DNA of 44,075 bases from an uncultured Ignavibacteriaceae bacterium (GTDB lineage: Bacteria; Bacteroidota; Ignavibacteria; UBA10030): NCBI GenBank assembly GCA_964362905.1, contig CAYIHQ010000002.1, forward strand, positions 1-44,075. The letters are read 5' to 3'. The stretch's first letter is position 1. Every line of letters begins with the position of its first letter. The position numbers were made by a program, and so were the translations under genes. Positions 1 through 6,756 of this stretch are shown here, piece by piece. The notes beneath the pieces are model-generated. The model was given only the letters and a program-made list of their open reading frames with translations. It had not been told where the DNA came from and did no database searches.

Positions 1-240
1 AAAGAACTACACTTTCACCCAAGTAGCTGTTATTACTACTGTTTTTACTAAAAATACTACTAAAATATCTAGAAATACCAGTTAAATAGCTAGAATCACT
101 AGTAAATCCACATTTTGTAGCTATTTTATAACTAATTATTACACCAAATGGTAGTAAAATTGCTATTACTACAAGTAAAAGGGAAAAAAGTATACGCAAA
201 AAGGTCCTTTTAGGCATATTTAACCTTTCTATTTCCCGAT

Positions 241-290
241 ATGAGACATTCAATACGATACATTCAATATGAGACATTCATTATGAGACA
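241..290. repeat. 14-bp tandem repeat (~3.5 copies, ATGAGACATTCAAT), junctions forming TCA-N3-TGA palindromes
   Basis: ATGAGACATTCAAT ACGATACATTCAAT ATGAGACATTCATT ATGAGACA read directly. Confidence 0.85.
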
Positions 291-323
291 GGCATAGACC
301 TTGCACTAGCAATAAGTATACCA
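290..323. promoter_or_regulatory. Convergent pair of sigma54 -24/-12-like motifs
   Basis: AGGCATAGACCTTGCA (+, 290-305) and TGGTATACTTATTGCT (-, 308-323) fit TGGCAC-N5-TTGC spacing. Confidence 0.55.
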
Positions 324-706
324 GCTCATAGTGAGGCATTCAAAATGATACTAGTATGGTTATTGCTATATGCAATACTAGTACTAGTTCTTAGAGTGTG
401 GCGGCAAACGAGCACGCCCTAGAAGGACTAGGTGCAAGATAAGGTCCAATTATTAGAATTCTCAAAATGATACTAAGATCAAGTGTTGCAAGAATTGGGC
501 TTGTATCACATTGAAGCACAATCCGGATTTATTCTCATTATGAAGCGTATAACTTATCTAATTCGTATATAAGTTTTACACAATATAACTATATGATCTT
601 ATTGAATAAATTGTAATACAGCTTATAATGTCTATAAGTTCTACAATTTCCAATATCGATACAACTTGTAACTATAAGAAATTACACAGTATTCTCATTG
701 TGATAC

Positions 707-722
707 TAGCACCTATATTGCA
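707..722 (+). promoter_or_regulatory. sigma54-like promoter for the first early operon
   Basis: TAGCACCTATATTGCA (AG instead of GG at -24), 50 bp upstream of the ATG at 772 with AAGGAG SD. Confidence 0.5.
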
Positions 723-771
723 ATTACAAGTAGTACAGCTAACAATTAAGTTAGCATAACAAGGAGTACGT

Positions 772-996
772 ATGATAGACAAAGTAATAGTATCAAAGGA
801 TAGGACACAAGCTATAATCTATTTCATCAACAAGTCATGCTTAACAGTATATCATGACAAAGGACTAGTACTAGATCTTGTAGCATGGTTTATGTTGCCC
901 GTGGGCAATACTAATCATGACATAACATGGGATGGACTACTAGCTTCTGACGAGAATACTGATATTAACATGCAATTAACTGGAAAGGTAGCCTAA
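772..996 (+). CDS. Hypothetical early protein, 74 aa
   Basis: ORF with AAGGAG SD. Confidence 0.75.
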   Translation: MIDKVIVSKDRTQAIIYFINKSCLTVYHDKGLVLDLVAWFMLPVGNTNHDITWDGLLASDENTDINMQLTGKVA

Positions 997-997
997 T

Positions 998-1126
998 ATG
1001 CTAAAACAATATAAACATGAATTACTAATGGCATTATTTTTAATTTCAGTAATACTTGCAGGTACTTATGTTATGTACCAAATTAATACAATTAACTATT
1101 ATGAGGTGATCTATGGACTTAAGTAA
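998..1126 (+). CDS. Small membrane protein, 42 aa (not in ORF track)
   Basis: MLKQYKHELLMALFLISVILAGTYVMYQINTINYYEVIYGLK; AAGG SD, one hydrophobic segment, fills the gap between two genes. Confidence 0.65.
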   Translation: MLKQYKHELLMALFLISVILAGTYVMYQINTINYYEVIYGLK

Positions 1127-1613
1127 TATTAAATACACTCCTATATTATTAGGCATTCAAAATGACCGAATCAATTGGGCTATACTAGTAAATGATCAGG
1201 AATTCAGTTATTTTCAAGGTCTAGGTTATCTTGCGGCTAAAGTCGATAAGAACGACTCTAGATCATTATGGAACGGCGTAGACCTAACTAAACTAACAAA
1301 GGAAGCCAAAATAAAAGCTTGTAGAGCAGTCTTGCCCTATAGTAAACGACTAACGGTAAATGACTTTGAATGGACTAATGTACTCTATGTTAAAAATCCT
1401 AAGATTGAAGACTTGCTAGATTGTCTCTTCTTAGATGCACAATCCCATGAATCTAGTTTTGAGTCGTGGTGCGACGAATTAGGCTATGACCAAGACTCAA
1501 TTAAAGCAAAAAAGACTTATGACCTTTGCATAGAAGGTTATTTCAAGCTCAAAAAAGCATTAGGCAAAGATTACGAAGCTATAAAACTACATATAGAATC
1601 TCTAAACGTATAA
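1113..1613 (+). CDS. Hypothetical phage protein, 166 aa
   Basis: GAGG SD; C-terminal motif LLDCLFLDA..SFESWCDELGYDQDSIKA resembles conserved phage hypothetical proteins. Confidence 0.8.
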   Translation: MDLSNIKYTPILLGIQNDRINWAILVNDQEFSYFQGLGYLAAKVDKNDSRSLWNGVDLTKLTKEAKIKACRAVLPYSKRLTVNDFEWTNVLYVKNPKIEDLLDCLFLDAQSHESSFESWCDELGYDQDSIKAKKTYDLCIEGYFKLKKALGKDYEAIKLHIESLNV

Positions 1614-1626
1614 CAAGAGGTGTAAA

Positions 1627-2295
1627 ATGAATATACTCACACAAAACAGTAAAATGAAGAAGTCTTCTAAAAATGGCATAGATGTCTACAACTTTGGCAT
1701 TCCAGCATTTCAGTCTAAAACTGGACTTAGGACTTGCCCTAATGCTGGTAGTTGCGCAAGCGGATGTTATGCTAAAAGTGGAACATATAATTTTAATAAT
1801 GTTATCAAAGCTTATGAAGACAGACTGCAATTGACTCAAGACAAAGACTTCATAGAGATCATGAGCGCAGAGATTAACCTTAAGTACTTGAAATCTAAGA
1901 CAAAAGGAAATAAATGTCTTATAAGAATTCACGACTCTGGCGACTTCTATAGCAAAGACTATGCTAGAGCATGGATAAGGATTATCGAAAATAATCCTAA
2001 TGTTGAATTTTATGCGTACACTAAAATGGTACAATTGTTTGAGGACTATATAGCAATATTGCCTAAAAACTTTAAGGTCATATATAGTTTTGGCGGCAAA
2101 CAAGACGCCCAGATCGACATTAATAAGCATTATCACTCCAAAGTATTCGATTCTGTGGAAGCATTACAAGCCCAAGGTTATACCGACGCCACAAACGACG
2201 ACCTTATTGCAGCTTTAGGAACTGACAAAAAGATAGGGCTTGTATATCACGGCATCAAAAAGTATGCCAATACTAATTGGAACAAAGTTGCTTAA
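1627..2295 (+). CDS. GP88 (gene product 88)-like protein with a radical-SAM-like Cys cluster
   Basis: TCPNAGSCASGCYA, RIHDSGDF, FYAYTK motifs; GAGG SD. Confidence 0.75.
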   Translation: MNILTQNSKMKKSSKNGIDVYNFGIPAFQSKTGLRTCPNAGSCASGCYAKSGTYNFNNVIKAYEDRLQLTQDKDFIEIMSAEINLKYLKSKTKGNKCLIRIHDSGDFYSKDYARAWIRIIENNPNVEFYAYTKMVQLFEDYIAILPKNFKVIYSFGGKQDAQIDINKHYHSKVFDSVEALQAQGYTDATNDDLIAALGTDKKIGLVYHGIKKYANTNWNKVA

Positions 2296-2305
2296 CAATA
2301 CATAT

Positions 2306-2343
2306 AGGCATGAGTATTGCAATATACTGCAATACTTGTGCTA
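2306..2343. promoter_or_regulatory. Inverted repeat made of two convergent sigma54-like motifs; may also act as a terminator hairpin
   Basis: AGGCATGAGTATTGCA (+) atatac TGCAATACTTGTGCTA (- strand TAGCACAAGTATTGCA). Confidence 0.5.
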
Positions 2344-2541
2344 TCTCTGTTTGATACATAATCCGGATCGTGCAGGTAGTTATGTATCACAACGATATGT
2401 ATAACTTGTAACAATTGTATATAAGTTTTTCATATACTTAAGTTACTAGTATTACTAGTTATTATTAAATATATCATTATGGTATACACAAGTTCTACAG
2501 TTTCCTATTATGAGACCGGAGTGTAATCACATAGTTACCTA

Positions 2542-2557
2542 TGGCACCATCTATGCA
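2542..2557 (+). promoter_or_regulatory. sigma54-like promoter for the second early operon
   Basis: TGGCACCATCTATGCA, upstream of AAGGAG SD and ATG 2595; IHF-like AATCACATAGTTA at 2525-2537. Confidence 0.55.
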
Positions 2558-2594
2558 TTAGTTATTAGTATCAACAACCAACAAGGAGCGTAAC

Positions 2595-2687
2595 ATGAAA
2601 ACAGTAACGGTAGACCAAGTGATAGTACTACTTCTGGGTACAACAGGTCTAATTTTCGTTCTATCTATTTTATGCAAGGTAGTGTAA
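2595..2687 (+). CDS. Small membrane peptide, 30 aa (not in ORF track)
   Basis: AAGGAG SD; MKTVTVDQVIVLLLGTTGLIFVLSILCKVV. Confidence 0.65.
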   Translation: MKTVTVDQVIVLLLGTTGLIFVLSILCKVV

Positions 2688-2688
2688 C

Positions 2689-2790
2689 ATGAAAAAACAA
2701 GTACTCATAATAAAAAGTAGTTACATAAATGATATACAGATAGCTAAACTAGAATTATTAGGTTATAAAGTAATAATAATTTTAAAATAA
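2689..2790 (+). CDS. Small protein, 33 aa (not in ORF track)
   Basis: AAGG SD; MKKQVLIIKSSYINDIQIAKLELLGYKVIIILK. Confidence 0.55.
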   Translation: MKKQVLIIKSSYINDIQIAKLELLGYKVIIILK

Positions 2791-2827
2791 ACCGTAGTAT
2801 TATACTACATAACAAAGGAGACAATAC

Positions 2828-3067
2828 ATGTTCCAATTTAAGAAAACAGACTTCGTGTCTACTAGAGTCAAGACTATCATCAATTCTCATGTTGAGAGTC
2901 GTGGCACCATATGGCTACTTAGTCTAGGTTATCAGGAATGCAATGACTATGCTGAATTGGTCCGTACCACAGTGAGTCAATGCAGTGGCTTTGAGCATAT
3001 CAGGTTCGAAACTGTAGCTCGATATATAAGAGCAACTAAGAATGCTCTTAGGAACTCGCAACTGTAG
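2828..3067 (+). CDS. Hypothetical protein, 79 aa
   Basis: AAGGAG SD; its 3' end is duplicated (see repeat at 3011). Confidence 0.75.
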   Translation: MFQFKKTDFVSTRVKTIINSHVESRGTIWLLSLGYQECNDYAELVRTTVSQCSGFEHIRFETVARYIRATKNALRNSQL

Positions 3068-3110
3068 CTCGATATATAAGGGCAACTAAGAATGCCCTCA
3101 GAAACCAGCA
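3011..3110 (+). repeat. Imperfect 50-bp tandem duplication
   Basis: 3011-3060 versus 3061-3110, both starting ACTGTAGCTCGATATATAAG. Confidence 0.95.
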
Positions 3111-3141
3111 ACCTGCCCAACCTAAGTAATATCAATATGAT

Positions 3142-3164
3142 ACTGGGGCCATATAGGCCCTAGT
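3142..3164. terminator. Stem-loop, possible terminator
   Basis: ACTGGGGCC-ATATA-GGCCCTAGT; weak U tract. Confidence 0.4.
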
Positions 3165-3206
3165 CTCTAAACAATACATAGTATTAATTATAACATAGGA
3201 GTACTT

Positions 3207-3404
3207 GTGCGAAAACCTAATTTTGAATTACAGAAAATTAAATTACAGCAGAAACAATTACAGCTGGCGCAGATATCTAAACAATTGGAATTATTGAATT
3301 CTCAAGTTAGGACAGTAACGGATAGATTAGAAGCTAAACAAGGAGAAGTTACTTTCATTGAAGATCTTCTGAATAGTGCAGTATCTCCTGCAGTATCAGA
3401 ATGA
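3207..3404 (+). CDS. Short coiled-coil protein, 65 aa
   Basis: AGGAG SD with GTG start; Gln/Leu heptads. Confidence 0.7.
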   Translation: MRKPNFELQKIKLQQKQLQLAQISKQLELLNSQVRTVTDRLEAKQGEVTFIEDLLNSAVSPAVSE

Positions 3405-3426
3405 TACAGTACTAATTCTGTACTGG

Positions 3427-3456
3427 CCCTTGTATTGCAATGATACAAGGGTTTTT
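3427..3456 (+). terminator. Intrinsic terminator
   Basis: CCCTTGTAT-N7-ATACAAGGG followed by TTTTT. Confidence 0.65.
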
Positions 3457-3488
3457 ATTGTTAATAGTTGTATTACTATATGTTTCTT

Positions 3489-3531
3489 TGGTATTAAAAT
3501 TGCATATATAATATTTGGCATTGAAATTGCA
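3489..3531 (+). promoter_or_regulatory. Two tandem sigma54-like motifs
   Basis: TGGTATTAAAATTGCA (3489-3504) and TGGCATTGAAATTGCA (3516-3531). Confidence 0.55.
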
Positions 3532-3800
3532 TGAAGGGGATACGGTGAAAGTGATCACCTCCCCTTATACCCCTCCAGAGGGATCTAGACCCGTTCTAAA
3601 ATTTAAAAAAAAATTAAAAACGACCATTAGCGATTATAAGCCCTTTAACGAGAGTTTGGCCTAGTTAACCCTTAGATAGCCACTTGTCTTAACAAACCCA
3701 GCCACGGCCCTGCTAGGGCCTTTAAAAGGGCATTGGCAGGTAATCTGTAAGGGCCCACCTCAGGCACAGATTAAACTCACTTATATTGAATCTAAAAATT

Positions 3801-4178
3801 TTAAAAAATTCTAAAATCAGTTACTAAAGGTTCACCATCAGTACCCCAACCACAGATAATACCTTCTCCAAGAAATCTAGGTCTTTTAAAAAAATCTTCG
3901 CTATAACCCATAGGATATACTTCAAATCCATTAACAATCTCAAATACTGATAAACCTTTTAGTTTAGGGTATGATTTATATGGGGGAGCCAAGGTTTTAT
4001 TACAAACAGATAAACCATCTTTAGGAGGAATACCATATCTAGAAAATTTAATAGATTCACCTATTCTATCCAATCTTTTATTATGTGTATTTAAGTAATT
4101 TTCCCAAAAGATATTTCCCGGTGATTTACCTCTTTTTTTGAGAATTTCTTGTCTTTCATAATCACTCAATATTTTCAT
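3801..4178 (-). CDS. Hypothetical protein, 125 aa
   Basis: Last gene of the leftward small-gene array. Confidence 0.65.
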   Translation of the reverse strand: MKILSDYERQEILKKRGKSPGNIFWENYLNTHNKRLDRIGESIKFSRYGIPPKDGLSVCNKTLAPPYKSYPKLKGLSVFEIVNGFEVYPMGYSEDFFKRPRFLGEGIICGWGTDGEPLVTDFRIF

Positions 4179-4180
4179 AC

Positions 4181-4390
4181 TTATAGTATCGCACTTCTAA
4201 AAAGGATCTTACCTATCTTACTATGGTAAATATCTGGATTTATTAGATATTTAACATCTTCTGTAGGATATCTTCTAATCATACCATTAGTAATAATACA
4301 AGGATAAGGCTTATCACATAATCTTATAGCAGGATGGAACATAACTATATTACCAGTTCTCACATCAATCTTTTTTATGAATTTGACCAT
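4181..4390 (-). CDS. Small protein with C-terminal KILFR tag
   Basis: Start codon embedded in the upstream gene's LYG codons with AAGG SD. Confidence 0.7.
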   Translation of the reverse strand: MVKFIKKIDVRTGNIVMFHPAIRLCDKPYPCIITNGMIRRYPTEDVKYLINPDIYHSKIGKILFRSAIL

Positions 4391-4655
4391 ATAACACCTT
4401 TAAAGTAGGATTATCGTATATATTGCCTATATATACTAAATAAGGTAATTTATCGAAAAACTGAGCACCATAGTTAATAAAAGTCAAATTTCCCCTTAAT
4501 GTTTCTAATATGTAAATACCTTTAGTAGAATTTACATAAGGTCCAGTGTAGTCACTAATAAGTACTATTCCTTGTTTATCATATATTTCAGCATTAGGAT
4601 CATTATACTTTGTTATGTGAATTATATCTCCTACTTTAAATCTTACATCTACCAT
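4365..4655 (-). CDS. Small SH3/KOW-like protein with KVLYG tag
   Basis: FKVGDIIHI N-terminus; IGNIYDNP (YopX-like C-terminal motif) precedes LKVLYG. Confidence 0.75.
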   Translation of the reverse strand: MVDVRFKVGDIIHITKYNDPNAEIYDKQGIVLISDYTGPYVNSTKGIYILETLRGNLTFINYGAQFFDKLPYLVYIGNIYDNPTLKVLYGQIHKKD

Positions 4656-4854
4656 ATAAAAGCTTTCCGTTCTTAATTAGCTTAAGATCTTTTTCCTTAA
4701 CCAATTCAACATCTTGGTCGTCTAGAAACTGTACCCAGTACAATTTTACTTCCTCTTGAAATATAACTGGAGGTATAAAAACCCGGCACGGTCTTTCTTT
4801 AAAGAGAAGTATTTCTTGCTGTAATTCATAACCGTTAACTATATATTTCTTCAT
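4636..4854 (-). CDS. Small SH3/Tudor-like protein with KLLYG tag
   Basis: YWVQFLD..VKEKDL beta-barrel pattern; GKLLYG C-terminus. Confidence 0.7.
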   Translation of the reverse strand: MKKYIVNGYELQQEILLFKERPCRVFIPPVIFQEEVKLYWVQFLDDQDVELVKEKDLKLIKNGKLLYGRCKI

Positions 4855-4934
4855 GATAATGCTTCTACTGTTCTTTTGTCTAATTTTGACTTATTTATTT
4901 TTATTAAAACTAAGTCTTTGATTTTTAATAGCAT
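4851..4934 (-). CDS. Possible 27-aa remnant of the tagged family (not in ORF track)
   Basis: MLLKIKDLVLIKINKSKLDKRTVEALS, ATGA overlap with the next gene; resembles the LIKI..KAVKLLY tails of other members. Confidence 0.35.
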   Translation of the reverse strand: MLLKIKDLVLIKINKSKLDKRTVEALS

Positions 4935-4987
4935 TATTAATTTTTAGCATAGTAACCCTAAAAATGCAAGCAATTTATTTTAGGCTT

Positions 4988-5014
4988 AATAAGTTGACTT
5001 AGTATATACATATA
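4988..5014 (+). promoter_or_regulatory. Repeated promoter or operator element, copy 1
   Basis: AATAAGTTGACTTAGTATATACATATA identical at 6677-6703; 21-bp core also at 7494-7514. Confidence 0.7.
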
Positions 5015-5053
5015 CACTTGTATGTATATATATTATAAAGTGCAATATAACAC

Positions 5054-5090
5054 AGAATTTAAGAGCTTCTTATAAAAGCTCTTAAATTCT
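5054..5090. repeat. Perfect 15-bp inverted repeat in the divergent intergenic region
   Basis: AGAATTTAAGAGCTT-N7-AAGCTCTTAAATTCT. Confidence 0.9.
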
Positions 5091-5221
5091 AAGTATAGTA
5101 TATATATATTATATACTATTCTTTATTGATTAGAATAAACTTCCTTAATCCCCTACCCCTTAATGGTTTCTTGTTGACTTGTTTGTTTAGTTGTGGTACA
5201 CCTATTGCATGGAGGTGCTCT

Positions 5222-5449
5222 TTGAATTTTGATAGTATTATATCTGACGAAATAGATAATCAGTTATTAGGAGATCCTTGGTTAAAAAAGTCGCCGTACA
5301 AAAATCAAGCTACAGGAGAGATTAAATATATGGACACCTATGACTTGTATCTAGTAGCTAAAAGTCTTTATTTCGCAAATATTGGTAAATTATGGCAATC
5401 TATTCCAGATTCGTTACCTTTAAGGTTGTTATATGGCCCGAAAGATTAG
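5222..5449 (+). CDS. Small protein with RLLYG tag (probable TTG start at 5222 rather than 5126)
   Basis: GGAGG SD at 5211 followed by an in-frame TTG. Confidence 0.65.
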   Translation: MNFDSIISDEIDNQLLGDPWLKKSPYKNQATGEIKYMDTYDLYLVAKSLYFANIGKLWQSIPDSLPLRLLYGPKD

Positions 5450-5705
5450 TAAATATTATGTTGGTATGCTACTTAGGCATAAAAAACATGGTTTCACTGT
5501 TAAACTTTTAGACAAGCATCGTACTACAAACTGGGTATTCGAAGTAGTTGCAGGAGAACTCCAGGAAAAGCTTAGGCCAGGTTTTGTTTTTGATGAATAT
5601 CTAATCACATATCGTGTGTATAGCTATGCTACTATTCGTAATAGTTTTGAACCTTTAACTGATAGTACTGTAGGAAGGCTGTTATATGGCACCCAAAAGT
5701 TCTAA
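5433..5705 (+). CDS. Small SH3-like protein with RLLYG tag
   Basis: YYVGMLLRHKKHG N-terminus; start embedded in upstream LYG. Confidence 0.75.
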   Translation: MARKISKYYVGMLLRHKKHGFTVKLLDKHRTTNWVFEVVAGELQEKLRPGFVFDEYLITYRVYSYATIRNSFEPLTDSTVGRLLYGTQKF

Positions 5706-5988
5706 ACTACCGTATAGAGTAGGGGATAGAGTTCGCCACAAACATGGAGCAGAATATGAGATTATGATCATTTCTGATCTTTTTTATTCAAACGGTTGTT
5801 ATAAACTTAGAAATTTAACTAATGGTTGTTTGGATAATTCGTGTTGGGTTATGAGTGGTGTGCTTAATAGAGACTATGAACCTTGCAGTCCTGCCATTAA
5901 GATGTTGTTCGGTCGAGGTAGCGCAGCTACAAGCCCTCCTTCAGCGAATGGACCAGTGGTAATTCGGGGAGGTCTCGATGGCGATTGA
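5686..5988 (+). CDS. Small SH3-like protein with KMLFG tag and low-complexity tail
   Basis: YRVGDRVRHKHG N-terminus. Confidence 0.75.
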   Translation: MAPKSSKLPYRVGDRVRHKHGAEYEIMIISDLFYSNGCYKLRNLTNGCLDNSCWVMSGVLNRDYEPCSPAIKMLFGRGSAATSPPSANGPVVIRGGLDGD

Positions 5989-6196
5989 CTATCAGGTGGG
6001 AGATGTTATTAAACCAAAAAATCAATACTTCATGTATTTGAATCCCTGCCTAGTTTTAGATATTACGGAAAAAGGAGTTGTTTGCATAATAGTAGGACAA
6101 CCAGTAAGCACAAAGTTTGAAATACCGAATTCACAAATGCACCTTATGACTAAAGATGATACAGGAACTGTTCTATATGGCAATAAAGAGAAATAG
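5978..6196 (+). CDS. Small SH3/KOW-like protein with TVLYG tag
   Basis: GGAGG SD; YQVGDVIKPK. Confidence 0.75.
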   Translation: MAIDYQVGDVIKPKNQYFMYLNPCLVLDITEKGVVCIIVGQPVSTKFEIPNSQMHLMTKDDTGTVLYGNKEK

Positions 6197-6401
6197 CATA
6201 GTAAGACGTATAAGCACCAGTGAAGTATTTGAAGTTGTTGATATAGTTGGGAAATTACTACTGTGTGATCCTATTAATCTACCTTCTTTAAAAGGACTTA
6301 AAGTTCCTTTAACAGAAGATGAAATAGAGGTTATTATGGACGAAGATACTGATGTATTTAATTTATTATTTAGGAGTGACACTGATGGTGAAGGGTCTTG
6401 A
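6177..6401 (+). CDS. Small SH3-like protein with NLLFR tag (start revised from 6156)
   Basis: ATG embedded in upstream LYG codons with AGGA SD; MAIKRNSIVRR. Confidence 0.7.
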   Translation: MAIKRNSIVRRISTSEVFEVVDIVGKLLLCDPINLPSLKGLKVPLTEDEIEVIMDEDTDVFNLLFRSDTDGEGS

Positions 6402-6447
6402 TGTTCCAGAAAGTAAAGTTACAAAGTTATTATATGGACAAAGCTAA
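6385..6447 (+). CDS. 20-aa micro-ORF consisting essentially of the tag (not in ORF track)
   Basis: AGGAG SD at 6372; MVKGLDVPESKVTKLLYGQS; its LYG codons contain the next start at 6434. Confidence 0.6.
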   Translation: MVKGLDVPESKVTKLLYGQS

Positions 6448-6691
6448 TAAATTCCTAAAAGGTGATTATGTACTGGTAGAAGTAGGATCTCCTCTAATAG
6501 AGGTTGATATATGGGTAGGTTATATAGCTCATGTGGGCAAAACCTGTTATGCCATTGAAAATTTAAGTATTGGGGCTAATTTTGTAACTAAGTTACCGTT
6601 TTTATTTGATAATATGCTAATAAAAATAGAGCCTTCTAACCTAAAAAACACAATAAAAGCAGTTAAATTGCTGTACAATAAGTTGACTTAG
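6434..6691 (+). CDS. Small SH3/KOW-like protein with KLLYN tag (start revised from 6398)
   Basis: FLKGDYVLVE; IKAVKLLYN. Confidence 0.7.
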   Translation: MDKANKFLKGDYVLVEVGSPLIEVDIWVGYIAHVGKTCYAIENLSIGANFVTKLPFLFDNMLIKIEPSNLKNTIKAVKLLYNKLT

Positions 6692-6703
6692 TATATACAT
6701 ATA
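6677..6703 (+). promoter_or_regulatory. Repeated promoter or operator element, copy 2
   Basis: Identical 27 bp to 4988-5014; TTGACT -35-like hexamer, overlaps the upstream stop codon. Confidence 0.7.
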
Positions 6704-6756
6704 TATTATATATAGCTATCCTGCAACCTATTTCACCAGGACAATAGATACTTTAT

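Noticed and set aside
241-350. CRISPR array or mini-array
   Set aside because: Units are 14 bp and contiguous with no unique spacers, and no cas genes are visible
3011-3110. DGR template/variable repeat pair
   Set aside because: Differences are not adenine-specific and no reverse transcriptase is present in the window
3424-3439. Additional sigma54-like match TGGCCCTTGTATTGCA
   Set aside because: It coincides with the stem of an intrinsic terminator, so it is not counted as independent evidence
3530-3800. tRNA gene
   Set aside because: No cloverleaf or T-loop GTTCRA signature could be found in this or other intergenic gaps
5174-5209. sigma54-like TGGTACACCTATTGCA before the 5222 gene
   Set aside because: The predicted start would exclude the SD; a sigma70-type TTGACT-N17-TACACC reading fits equally well, so it is ambiguous
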